Position numbers and translations under genes: made by a program | Part shown: piece by piece, positions 10,001 through 17,833 of the stretch | Layout of the letters: each line of letters begins with the position of its first letter | How positions within the stretch are numbered: the first letter of the stretch is position 1 | The notes under the pieces: generated by a model | The model's database searches: none | What the model was told of the DNA's origin: nothing | What the model saw: only the letters and a program-made list of their open reading frames with translations | NCBI GenBank assembly: GCA_034186235.1 | Contig: JAXGBA010000075.1 | Span: forward strand, 1 to 63,073 | Reading direction: 5' to 3' | DNA: 63,073 nt | Source of the DNA: Clostridia bacterium | GTDB lineage: Bacteria > Bacillota > Clostridia > HGM11514

Positions 10001-10782
10001 CAAAATTCATGTTTGACGATTTCTTCATTCTTGAACTCCCGAGCGATAATCTTCTCTACGATGTTCTCCCGAGAGTATCAAAAGCAGACCTCGGCGGCGA
10101 AAATAAGGGTATTGGCTCAACCTTCACCGCAAATGGTGAAATGTATGATGTTAACCCTTATGCAACCCCTGTACTTTCGTACAAGTGGCAAAATTCCGCA
10201 GACGGCGTTTCCTGGACGGATATTGCAAACGGAAAAACATACACCGCTAAAGCTTCCGATGCCGATAAATATTTAAGAGCGGTTGTTACCGCAACAAGCG
10301 TTGACAGCTTCGGAATTGCAAAATCACATTCTGTTGAAACAAAATCCGAGTTTATAAAGGCTCCGGAAAAGGACGGCAGCGTTGTTATTTCGGATGTCCG
10401 GCTTAAGATAAACGGCGACTCAGCAGTCGAATTTAAACCCGGCAATGCGTCGGTTTCGTTTAAAGCTTCAAATAAATATATTGAAAACGCAAGCGCAACC
10501 GTGGTTCTGGCGGTTTATAAATCCGAAAACGGAGTTAAAAAACTTGATGGCTTCAAAACAGCAAAGCTACACATTGAAGCCGGAAAGTCCGCACCAGCGG
10601 AATTGAATATCACAATTCCCGAGAATGCAGAAACAAAGCTTTTCGCATACTTTGCCGATGATTTGAAACCGATTTCGGTTCCCGGATTTGAAGCGGCAAA
10701 AGAAAATGTGGTCTTTGTCGGCACTGATGACGAAAACGATGTAACAATCTACGAAATCAATAAGTTCAATCCGGTTAAATAA
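7093..10782 (+). CDS. Secreted multidomain SGNH/GDSL hydrolase with CBM-like and beta-sandwich modules
   Basis: 1229-aa ORF with GGAG RBS and signal peptide. SGNH blocks (VAFLGGSITEGAG, GVGGTGA, EFAVNDS, GDNTHPNNKGY). Two CBM4/9-like segments ending DDFMCVEV and DDFFILEL. Three copies of the Y-x-W...KY[IL] module (see findings). Confidence 0.85.
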   Translation: MRKIAAMILSVLIALSCVFAVSVNADTQYGLDNYLDTTKDLTVAFLGGSITEGAGATKVGDLPATSFRYSTLITNEFFQKTRTNGAKVTEINGGVGGTGAAFGLQRINKDITYANPDIVFVEFAVNDSNTAEGPLKNSMENIVRQLQRHPKVPEIIFLYTTCIEHENVKRAASYMSQVAKAYNIPEIDLNAFIWDGVEKGEYVWNKEDKENTLTGDNTHPNNKGYRVYADRMIEVMSRDGFFKRNTVLENPLFYTSVTEHPICVDTNAGNGYTSEDRIVRANYKTAAEEGLSSGYTLADAAAKLTADNMLITDGDWADTNTVSDGTYSSNVGKHMDILSVSSKAGSKMYYRFTGTAFGIFGANGPKGGNLVTNIYKANDLTKVYKTATIGRYQNITYYKPSGNYSFSGLPFDTYIVEMTTAAGSTGGAMYGIGYFLVDDAKPTVKPQALNAALTGDTFTGGKLTVSFTYKGNSISAGTHKYEWLSSDKFNGSFSVIGTGKEYTVAESDSDKYIKCRITPVNAYDFKGTPVDTEIVKIAAKSMAFISKQGDFEGETTAFENISKSAGGMSGTTAASADGSLKTAAFPVRSGYTYYYSVFVKPETDMTAAIKVNRNSSSVSSETASAKAGVWTRLTFTDKVSADDPAAAAELTLGGKAMVDDFMCVEVKDSDAKSDVLPMICNLSASYDTETLGVGTTITVNAERYDVNPSADTPSLSYKWQISEDDGFSWTDISDGVSYKITADVIGKYLRAAAIAKNTTSEGFEKTDEEYYKLRISKYGDIMYYNDANTKASVESFTTRFPNIAKVSYDEAAGIAGSGAAVVTRTKATTGISANDRSDRFNQRSYNFKPGYTYFMSIWAKKTREDLQTSIGFYLIPANSKPYVFSGKKGTGTNLTTDLGGAGKWINTSMGDFTTAWTRYSLGYKIEGITLDGEPQSNSGGITSFTVTMSGSGGTAGDYPENAPISESNPAKFMFDDFFILELPSDNLLYDVLPRVSKADLGGENKGIGSTFTANGEMYDVNPYATPVLSYKWQNSADGVSWTDIANGKTYTAKASDADKYLRAVVTATSVDSFGIAKSHSVETKSEFIKAPEKDGSVVISDVRLKINGDSAVEFKPGNASVSFKASNKYIENASATVVLAVYKSENGVKKLDGFKTAKLHIEAGKSAPAELNITIPENAETKLFAYFADDLKPISVPGFEAAKENVVFVGTDDENDVTIYEINKFNPVK

Positions 10783-10796
10783 TGTAATACAAAAAA

Positions 10797-10828
10797 CTCC
10801 CGTGCATGAAATCTGCACGGGAGTTTTT
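10797..10828. terminator. Bidirectional intrinsic terminator
   Basis: ctcccgtgca-tgaaatc-tgcacgggag followed by ttttt and preceded by aaaaaa. Lies between the stop at 10782 (+) and the stop at 10840 (-). Confidence 0.8.
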
Positions 10829-10839
10829 ATACATCTTTT

Positions 10840-11013
10840 TCAGTTCTTTTTATCCTTCGGCAAGTGTTCAATCGCAAATTCGCAGCACTGAACAACCACC
10901 TGATTGAATGAAATATCCTGTTCCGCCGCAATCTTTGCAATTTTTTCAATAAGCGTATCCGGCATCCTTATCGTCCTGTTTGAGCTGGTGGGTTTTTTTA
11001 TTATAAAGTCCAT
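10840..11013 (-). CDS. Small ribbon-helix-helix (Arc/CopG-like) DNA-binding protein, 57 aa, below the ORF-track cutoff
   Basis: Hand translation gives MDFIIKKPTSSNRTIRMPDTLIEKIAKIAAEQDISFNQVVVQCCEFAIEHLPKDKKN. RHH pattern: beta-strand (RTIRMPDTL), then helix (IEKIAKIAAEQ), then helix (SFNQVVVQCCEFAIEH). AAGGAAG-like RBS about 9 nt upstream. Terminator immediately downstream. Confidence 0.55.
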   Translation of the reverse strand: MDFIIKKPTSSNRTIRMPDTLIEKIAKIAAEQDISFNQVVVQCCEFAIEHLPKDKKN

Positions 11014-11075
11014 AAAAGCACTTCCTTTCCATAATAATATTTTAACCTATTTTACTATTTAATCAATAATCAAAA

Positions 11076-11098
11076 TTATAATTAAATTTATAATTAAA
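11076..11098. repeat. Tandem direct repeat TTATAATTAAA x2 (12-bp register) in the divergent intergenic region; possible RHH operator
   Basis: ttataattaaa at 11076-11086 and 11088-11098, between the RHH gene start and the LRR-gene promoter. Confidence 0.3.
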
Positions 11099-11126
11099 AA
11101 ATAATTGCTTTTTTTATTAAAAAGGC

Positions 11127-11155
11127 TTGCATTTTATAGGATAGTATGGTATAAT
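11127..11155 (+). promoter_or_regulatory. Sigma-A-type promoter for the LRR gene
   Basis: TTGCAT, 17 nt, TATAAT, with an extended -10 TGg. Confidence 0.5.
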
Positions 11156-11189
11156 TATACTCGTAATAACTTAAAGGGGGATGTTTCTT

Positions 11190-14100
11190 ATGTTAAAAAG
11201 AATTATAATCACGGTTTTGGCTGCCGTATTAACCATCACCTCATGCACCTATGCATTTGCAGATGACGGTCAACCGCTTGATACGGAAAATCAGCTTCAG
11301 ATTGAGCCTGCCGAAAGTTTGAATCTGGGAGTGAAAAGCGGTACTCTGTCCGGAAGCAACATAAACTGGACCCTTGATGATGACTGCACCCTGACAATCA
11401 GCGGCACAGGCAATATTCCGGATAATTCTCGTCCATGGGAATGGATCAGAGCGAAGAATATAATAATTGAATCTGGTATTACAGGCATAGGCAGTTTGGC
11501 CTTTTCTAATTGCTTTGAATTGATAAGCATATCCATACCCGCAACAGTAAGAAGAATCAGCAATACTTATATAAGCTATGGCGGTGAGCTTGAAAATATC
11601 ACGGTGGATCCCGATAACCAATATTATTCCTCGAAAGACAATAATTTGTATGACAAGAACTTTACCACCCTGTTAAGGTATGCTCCGGGTAATAAAAACA
11701 GCGAATATGTTATGCCCGACAGCGTTAAAAGTATAGGCGTATTCGCCTTTTGCCGCAGCGGCAGTTTAACCTCAATATCCGTCAGCGGAAACAATCCTGC
11801 GTTTTGCTCGGCAGACGGCATTTTGTACTCAAAAGATAAAAAATCATTGATTGCTTGTCCCGGCGGAAAAAAGCGGGTTTCAGTACTTGACGGGACAGAG
11901 AAAATATGTCAGAATGCTTTTGAATTCTGCGAGGAACTGACCGAAATCACCATTCCCAACACTGTTACAAATATTGGAGTCTACGCATTTGAGGGCTGCA
12001 AAGCGCTTGCAAACATTACCCTTCCCGAATTCCTTGAAAGTATCGAACACGGTGTATTCGGCGGCTGTTTGGCACTGACCGAAATTACCATCCCGAACTC
12101 CGTTATGAGCATTGGCTACGAAGCATTTTACAGCTGCCAAAAGCTGAAAGTCATCACTATTCCGAATTCTGTTTTGAGCATAAGCGACAGTTTGTTCGGA
12201 ACAAGAAGTTTACCCAATAATTTTGAGAAGATTATTTATCAGGGTACGCAGTATGAATGGGATTGCATATCTATCGGAGCAAACAACACATTTTTAAACA
12301 ATGCGCAGAAACAATTTGTACCGCTTGAATCCGATGATATAAAGGTGAAGGGCAAGCTGCCGGGCAACAATATTTCATGGGAGCTTACATACGGCGGAAG
12401 GCTTACGGTAAGCGGCACGGGCGATATGCCGGCTATAGGCGAGAAAGATTATTGGCGCAATTACCGTAATTCAATCAAAAGCGTGGTTATAGAGCCGGGT
12501 ATCACAAGCATCGGCACTTCTGCGTTTGAATCATGTTATTCGTCAACAGATATAACTATACCGGACGGCGTTACCGAAATCGGAGATTATGCATTCAGTT
12601 ACTACGGCAGTTGCAGAATATCCATACCGGCAAGCGTAAAGACCATTGGCAGTTATGTGTTTTGTTCCGGTTCACCCATATATGTTGACGAGGCAAATCC
12701 GTACTTCAGTTCCCTCGACGGCAATTTGTATAATAAGGACAAAACATCGCTTATCCGCTATGCCGGCGATTATACAAATACTTCTTTTGTTTTGCCGGAC
12801 AGCGTTAAAATCATTGAGGACGGTGCATTCTACGGCGTTTACCTCGAAAATATTAAATTGCCGTCAGGCCTGAAAAAAATCGGCAATTTGGCATTCTCCG
12901 ATACCAAGCTTGTCAGAATAAACATCCCCGACAGCGTTACCGAATTGGGCGACGGGGTATTTAAATGGTCCTATAAGTTAAAAAGCGTTCATCTGCCGGA
13001 GGGGTTGAAAAGGCTCAAGGGCGGCATGTTCATGTATTGCGATGCTCTTGAAAATATAAATATCCCGAAAAGTGTGGAGGTCATCGAAAACGGTACATTC
13101 CGGGACGCAGCGTTTTTGAGGGATGAAACAAAATATGAAAACGGCGTTCTTTATATAGACGACTGCCTTATCGCCGTAAACCCCGATATAGAAGAATGTG
13201 AAATAAAAAGCTCTGCGAGACTTATTGCCGAGGGTGCATTTCTGTATTCCAATATCAAAAAAGTTCATATTCCGTCAAATGTTAAAGCTATAAACGGGTA
13301 TGCATTTTACGGTTGTCAGATGCTCAGCGAAGTCACGGCGGATGACATAGATTCATGGTGCGGGATTAATTTCGGCAGCAAAACTTCAAATCCGGTTTCG
13401 CAATCCGGAAAACTTAAAATCGGCGATAAGGAAGTAACCGAAGTATCCTTCCCGCAAAATAGAACGAAAATAAACGGATATACATTCTACGGTTTTGAAA
13501 ACCTTTCAAGCGTAAGCATACCGAAAACCGTCAGCGAAATCGGCGGCTATGCATTTTACGGCTGTGAAAATCTTTCAAGCGTAAGCATTGAGGATGCCGA
13601 CGCATGGTGCGAAATTAATTTTACAAACGGAACATCAAATCCGCTCAGCTATTCCAAAAAACTCAGGCTCAACGGCAAAGAAACTGATCACATCGACCTG
13701 AGCAGCAAGGTATCCGAAATAAACGGCTATGCGTTTTACGGTTTTGAAGCCCTCTCAAGCATCAGCATACCGAAAACCGTCAATAAAATCGGAGATTATG
13801 CATTTTACAGCTGCGAAAAATTAAGCGATATATATTATCATGGCAGCAGCGAGGAGTGGAACCGTATCGATATAAGCAATGTCGGCAATGATATAATTAA
13901 TTATTTTACCAGTATACACTTCAACTCTGTTCCCCGTTTAGAGTGCTCCGCCCGTAAAAGTGGCAATTCCGTTGAAGTGAACTATGATTTCACTATTTCG
14001 CCCGAATCGGCAAAAATATTGATTGTAGGCTTTAAAAACGGTATGATTGCCGACAGGAAGATATCGGATTACAGAACAGGCACACAGATTCTGAGCGGCG

Positions 14101-14195
14101 ATATTGATACAATTAAAGTTATGGCATGGAGAGATTTTATAACTCTCATTCCTTTTGCGGATTCGGTTACATTATCCAAAAATAAAGATTGGTAG
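11190..14195 (+). CDS. BspA-type leucine-rich-repeat surface protein
   Basis: Track ORF is 11181..14195. The ATG at 11190 has better GGGGG spacing (9 nt). Signal peptide present. Dozens of about 23-aa repeats of the form I.IP.SV..IG..AF..C..L..I, typical of BspA/LRR_5 proteins. C-terminal beta-sandwich. Confidence 0.85.
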   Translation: MLKRIIITVLAAVLTITSCTYAFADDGQPLDTENQLQIEPAESLNLGVKSGTLSGSNINWTLDDDCTLTISGTGNIPDNSRPWEWIRAKNIIIESGITGIGSLAFSNCFELISISIPATVRRISNTYISYGGELENITVDPDNQYYSSKDNNLYDKNFTTLLRYAPGNKNSEYVMPDSVKSIGVFAFCRSGSLTSISVSGNNPAFCSADGILYSKDKKSLIACPGGKKRVSVLDGTEKICQNAFEFCEELTEITIPNTVTNIGVYAFEGCKALANITLPEFLESIEHGVFGGCLALTEITIPNSVMSIGYEAFYSCQKLKVITIPNSVLSISDSLFGTRSLPNNFEKIIYQGTQYEWDCISIGANNTFLNNAQKQFVPLESDDIKVKGKLPGNNISWELTYGGRLTVSGTGDMPAIGEKDYWRNYRNSIKSVVIEPGITSIGTSAFESCYSSTDITIPDGVTEIGDYAFSYYGSCRISIPASVKTIGSYVFCSGSPIYVDEANPYFSSLDGNLYNKDKTSLIRYAGDYTNTSFVLPDSVKIIEDGAFYGVYLENIKLPSGLKKIGNLAFSDTKLVRINIPDSVTELGDGVFKWSYKLKSVHLPEGLKRLKGGMFMYCDALENINIPKSVEVIENGTFRDAAFLRDETKYENGVLYIDDCLIAVNPDIEECEIKSSARLIAEGAFLYSNIKKVHIPSNVKAINGYAFYGCQMLSEVTADDIDSWCGINFGSKTSNPVSQSGKLKIGDKEVTEVSFPQNRTKINGYTFYGFENLSSVSIPKTVSEIGGYAFYGCENLSSVSIEDADAWCEINFTNGTSNPLSYSKKLRLNGKETDHIDLSSKVSEINGYAFYGFEALSSISIPKTVNKIGDYAFYSCEKLSDIYYHGSSEEWNRIDISNVGNDIINYFTSIHFNSVPRLECSARKSGNSVEVNYDFTISPESAKILIVGFKNGMIADRKISDYRTGTQILSGDIDTIKVMAWRDFITLIPFADSVTLSKNKDW

Positions 14196-14199
14196 CATT

Positions 14200-14230
14200 G
14201 ACTCGCCGCCCCTCATCGGGGCGGCGAGTC
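14200..14230. terminator. Bidirectional intrinsic terminator shared by the LRR gene and sigK
   Basis: GC-rich 13-bp stem gactcgccgcccc / ggggcggcgagtc with a 5-nt loop. Overlaps the sigK stop codon. Confidence 0.8.
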
Positions 14231-14918
14231 AGGCTTCATCAAATGCTTCGCGCAGTTTTTCGACTGCGCGTTTTTCTATTCTTGAAACATAGGAACGGGA
14301 AATATCAAGAACCTCCGCAACCTCACGCTGCGGCCATTCTCTGCCGTCGGTGAGCCCGTAGCGAAGCTCAATAATCGTTTTTTCCCTGCCGCTGAGCACT
14401 TTATTGATAAGCGAGCGCAGCTTTTTTGTGTCAAACCTCAGCTCAACATCGCCGTAGACCTCCTCGCTGTCGGTTTCGAGGATTTCCATATAGGTCATCT
14501 CGCCGCCGCCCCTGCCGCTCTTTATAGGTTCATAAAGCGACACCTCGCTTTGCAGCTTCTTCTCCGCTCTCAGCACCATAAGCACCTCGTTTTCAATGCA
14601 CCTTGCAGCATATGTCGCAAGGCGCGTGCCCTTGCTGTTTTTGTACGATTCAACCGCTTTTATAAGCCCGATTGTGCCGATGGAAATCAAATCGTCCATA
14701 TCCTTGCCGCTCGTTATGTATTTTTTTACAACATGAACCACAAGCCTTAAATTGTGCTCTATAAGCAAATCGCGCTTTGAACGGTCGCCGGCTAAATATT
14801 CATCTATGTATTTCCGCTCGGTTTCCTCGTCAAGCGCCTTCGGAAACGAATTCGGATTAACTATATATCCCGCTAAGAAAAAGAGGTTGCCGAGAACCGT
14901 AAGAATAAATGTAATCAT
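14229..14918 (-). CDS. sigK: RNA polymerase sporulation sigma factor K (pro-sigma-K), uninterrupted
   Basis: The N-terminal pro-sequence plus FLAGYIVNPNSFPKAL...LIEHNLRLVVHVVKKY...DLISIGTIGLIKAVESY...LATYAARCIENEVLM matches the B. subtilis SigK pattern (YVKNNAFPQPL...MLIEHNLRLVAHIVKKF) rather than SigE or SigG. Full regions 2-4 are in one ORF. Confidence 0.9.
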   Translation of the reverse strand: MITFILTVLGNLFFLAGYIVNPNSFPKALDEETERKYIDEYLAGDRSKRDLLIEHNLRLVVHVVKKYITSGKDMDDLISIGTIGLIKAVESYKNSKGTRLATYAARCIENEVLMVLRAEKKLQSEVSLYEPIKSGRGGGEMTYMEILETDSEEVYGDVELRFDTKKLRSLINKVLSGREKTIIELRYGLTDGREWPQREVAEVLDISRSYVSRIEKRAVEKLREAFDEA

Positions 14919-14923
14919 AAAAA

Positions 14924-14958
14924 TCCCCCCTCGTAAAGATTATTTACGAAGGGGGGAT
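14924..14958 (-). terminator. Intrinsic terminator of the upstream LtaS-like gene; its 3' arm contains the sigK Shine-Dalgarno
   Basis: Minus-strand RNA reads aucccccuucguaaa-uaauc-uuuacgaggggggau, then UUUUU, then AUG(sigK). 14 bp with one bulge. It fills almost the whole 53-nt gap. Confidence 0.6.
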
Positions 14959-14971
14959 AATATGAATACAA

Positions 14972-16909
14972 TTATTTTTCCGAATATTTTTTGCCGTATA
15001 TCAGGTCATACTGAACAAGCTTATACGCAAAGGTTGTGGCCCAATCCTCGTCCGAGATATTGTCAACCGTTTCAAATGCCGAATTTTTGACAACAAACTG
15101 CGAATAAACCGGATATTTTTCGTAAAACTCATCGAACAAAAAGTAAAACCACGGAACCGACTTGAAATTCGCAAGCCTCATGGTAAGCATCGAAAGCGTT
15201 TGGGGACTCATTATTTCCGTTATGTTGTACTCGGAGCTTAAGTCGTAATTCGACCAGATTATATACGGTGTTTTGAAGAGATCCTCATGCTTTTTGTAGT
15301 CAAATGCGCCATCGCCCTTAATCATGCCGCCGCTGACATAAGTGCTGCCCTCGTTCCCTAAAAGCGGCAGATGATCGCCGTACATCATGATAACAACAGG
15401 CTTTTCGGAATTTTCAAAATATTCCGTAAGCTGCCGGAACATATTATCCGCATCCTTTACGCCCTGCGTGAAATCACGGATTCCCGAAAGCTCTTCCGCC
15501 GACAGTGTTTCGCTCGTGACCTCTATATCGTGCCAACCATACCTCGGTTTTTCGTAATCGCCGTGGTTCTGCATGGTTATGCCGTATATAAATATGTTGT
15601 CTTTTGTGCGGTTTTCGTATTTTCTTATAATTTCGTTCGCCATTTCCCTGTCGGAAACATAGAAGCCCATCATCTCCGGATTTTCCATATCCGAAACATC
15701 GGTGAAATTATCAAAGCCCATAAAATTATATGCTTTGTTTCTGCCGTAAAAACTTTTCTTAAATGTATGAATAGCCTCGGTCTGATAGCCGTTTTCTCCA
15801 AAAATGCGGGCGATTGACGGCGTATCCGATGTTATCGCCTGAATATACGGGTAGCAGTTTGCCGGAAGGAATATCGTGTTAAAGCCCGTGAGATACTCAA
15901 ACTCCGGCATGCATGTTCCGCCGGCAAATACCGGGGTTATCATTTCACCGGTATAAGTGCGTTCGGCGCCGCTTCTGTAAAATTCCAGAGGGTCGGCGGA
16001 AAAATGAACATCGGTAAGCTTTGTCGGGTCCCACCACGCCTCGTTCTGAATCACTATAACATCGGGTTTCACATCATCATAATGATAAAACTCGTTTCTG
16101 TTCCTGAATCCTTTTTTTATATCGTCAATCGCAGTCTTACTGTAGCCCTCGATTTTTGGTGCAGTCAGGTCGCCCATTTTTGGAATAAACGATAAAAGCG
16201 CACCGTTTCGGACATAGTCCGCCTTGTGATCGGTTGCCGTGACCCAAACATTGAACTTCGGCAGAATATCATACACAAATTTATGGTTGAAGCCGAAAAA
16301 GTACAAAAGAACCGAAAATGCGGCAACTGAGAGCACCACCGCAGGAATCCTGAGTTTCGGCTTGCCCGACGGAAGCCGTCTTCCGAAAAATATGAATCCT
16401 GCCGCAACGGACAAAACAACAATCACCGCCGCTGCAATGTCCGTTTTCTGCACGGGAAGCTCCACAAACGAAACTATGTTGTCAAGGCTGCCGGTAAGCA
16501 CAAAATCCGACGGGAGAAGCGGGTCGCCCGTAATAATGCATACAACATTCACGGTATACGAAAAAACCGAAAGCAATACCGTAACAACCGCATTCGCAAT
16601 GCCGAGGCTTCTTGTAATCGCCGTAAATGCGCAAAGAAGGAAAACTATAAACACCGAATTAAAAGCAATTTTGAAAAAACAGCCGTCGGACGCAAAAAAC
16701 TCGTCTTTTGCAAATTCGTTGGATGTATGGATAAGCCCCATAACCGTCATCAAAAGGACAGTAAAAAGCAAAATGCCGGCGGCGGTTTTTATCAGATTGA
16801 AATATCTGCGCCAAAAATCATTTTTATTTTTAATCTGCAATTCAAATTTTTCGATTCTTGCAAACATTACATCAACTCTCTTAACACAATATAAAAAGTA
16901 TTTTACCAC
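14972..16909 (-). CDS. LTA-synthase-family membrane sulfatase-fold protein (phosphoglycerol/phosphoethanolamine transferase-like)
   Basis: 645-aa ORF. N-terminal multi-TM region followed by an extracellular sulfatase-like domain (DVIVIQNEAWWDP, HTFKKSFYGRNKAYNFMGFD, MYGDHLP). The start may be the internal MFARIEKF. Confidence 0.75.
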   Translation of the reverse strand: MVKYFLYCVKRVDVMFARIEKFELQIKNKNDFWRRYFNLIKTAAGILLFTVLLMTVMGLIHTSNEFAKDEFFASDGCFFKIAFNSVFIVFLLCAFTAITRSLGIANAVVTVLLSVFSYTVNVVCIITGDPLLPSDFVLTGSLDNIVSFVELPVQKTDIAAAVIVVLSVAAGFIFFGRRLPSGKPKLRIPAVVLSVAAFSVLLYFFGFNHKFVYDILPKFNVWVTATDHKADYVRNGALLSFIPKMGDLTAPKIEGYSKTAIDDIKKGFRNRNEFYHYDDVKPDVIVIQNEAWWDPTKLTDVHFSADPLEFYRSGAERTYTGEMITPVFAGGTCMPEFEYLTGFNTIFLPANCYPYIQAITSDTPSIARIFGENGYQTEAIHTFKKSFYGRNKAYNFMGFDNFTDVSDMENPEMMGFYVSDREMANEIIRKYENRTKDNIFIYGITMQNHGDYEKPRYGWHDIEVTSETLSAEELSGIRDFTQGVKDADNMFRQLTEYFENSEKPVVIMMYGDHLPLLGNEGSTYVSGGMIKGDGAFDYKKHEDLFKTPYIIWSNYDLSSEYNITEIMSPQTLSMLTMRLANFKSVPWFYFLFDEFYEKYPVYSQFVVKNSAFETVDNISDEDWATTFAYKLVQYDLIYGKKYSEK

Positions 16910-17032
16910 AAAACCGTCAAAAATGCAACAGCATTAAACAAATTCTATGAATTTCCTCCAAATAAATTGCAATAAATCGTTCAACTTTTTGTGCTCATTT
17001 TGCATTTTTGTCAAAATATTTGCAAAATTGTA

Positions 17033-17061
17033 TTGACAAAACATGAATTTTTGTATATAAT
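17033..17061 (+). promoter_or_regulatory. Sigma-A-type promoter upstream of sigH
   Basis: TTGACA, 17 nt, TATAAT, about 33 nt upstream of the sigH ATG. Confidence 0.55.
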
Positions 17062-17093
17062 ATAGATGACAACTTATAAGAGAGGAATTAATA

Positions 17094-17717
17094 ATGGCAG
17101 ATTCCGAACACGGCGAATTCGTCTCTATGACCGATGACGAGATTGTCAAGCTTGCAAAAGCCGATAATCTTCACGCATTGGAATATATTCTTGAAAAATA
17201 TAAAAACTTTGTTAAATCCCGTTCCCGTCCATATTTTCTTATCGGCGCCGACCGTGAGGACATTATTCAGGAAGGCATGATTGGGCTTTACAAGGCGATA
17301 AGAGACTACGACACCGAAAAATACACCAATTTCAGGGCGTTTGCGGAAATGTGCATTACACGGCAGATTATAACGGCGATAAAAACCGCTACAAGGCGCA
17401 AGCATATGCCGCTTAATTCCTATTTGTCGCTGAGCCACCCGGTATTTGATGAGGAGTCGGACAAGACGCTCCTCGATACTATAACCGAGCACAGCTGCCT
17501 TGACCCGGAGGAAATTATTATAAATAAGGAAGATTATACCTCCATAGGCAAAAAAATTAACGAACTTTTAAGCCCGAAGGAAATGGAAATTCTGTCGATT
17601 TATCTTCAGGGTAAATCATATCAGGAAATTTCAGACGAACTCGGCATTTCGCATAAATCGATTGACAATGCGCTTCAGAGGGTTAAGCGCAAGCTTGACA
17701 AAAACATTCGTAATTAA
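17094..17717 (+). CDS. sigH: RNA polymerase sporulation sigma factor H
   Basis: YFLIGADREDIIQEGMIGLYKAIRDYD...FRAFAEMCITRQIITAIKTATRRKHMPLNSY is near-identical in pattern to B. subtilis SigH (YFLIGADREDIVQEGMIGLYKSIRDF...FKAFAELCITRQIITAIKTATRQKHIPLNSY). Confidence 0.9.
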   Translation: MADSEHGEFVSMTDDEIVKLAKADNLHALEYILEKYKNFVKSRSRPYFLIGADREDIIQEGMIGLYKAIRDYDTEKYTNFRAFAEMCITRQIITAIKTATRRKHMPLNSYLSLSHPVFDEESDKTLLDTITEHSCLDPEEIIINKEDYTSIGKKINELLSPKEMEILSIYLQGKSYQEISDELGISHKSIDNALQRVKRKLDKNIRN

Positions 17718-17833
17718 GCGGCAAATTTGCCGCTGATATATGTCCCGAGATACATAAAATGTGTATCGGAGCTGTTTTTCGGTTCGGTTCAAATCCGATA
17801 GGGACAAACTATTTAAAAGCGAGGGATTTTCAA

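Noticed and set aside
14229-14918. Checked sigK for a skin-like intervening element or split gene
   Set aside because: A single uninterrupted 229-codon ORF covers the pro-sequence and regions 2-4. No recombinase gene is nearby.
17741-17809. tRNA-like element downstream of sigH: 6-bp acceptor pairing (tgtccc/gggaca), a 4-bp D-like stem and a T-arm with the loop ttcaaat (ggTTCAAATcc)
   Set aside because: Only about 16 nt are available where the anticodon arm plus variable loop need 21 or more, and no 5-bp anticodon stem can be drawn. The T stem is 4 bp. It is too short overall (about 66 nt) for a functional tRNA. It could be a decayed tRNA or att remnant or just chance. tRNAscan-SE or ARAGORN would settle it.
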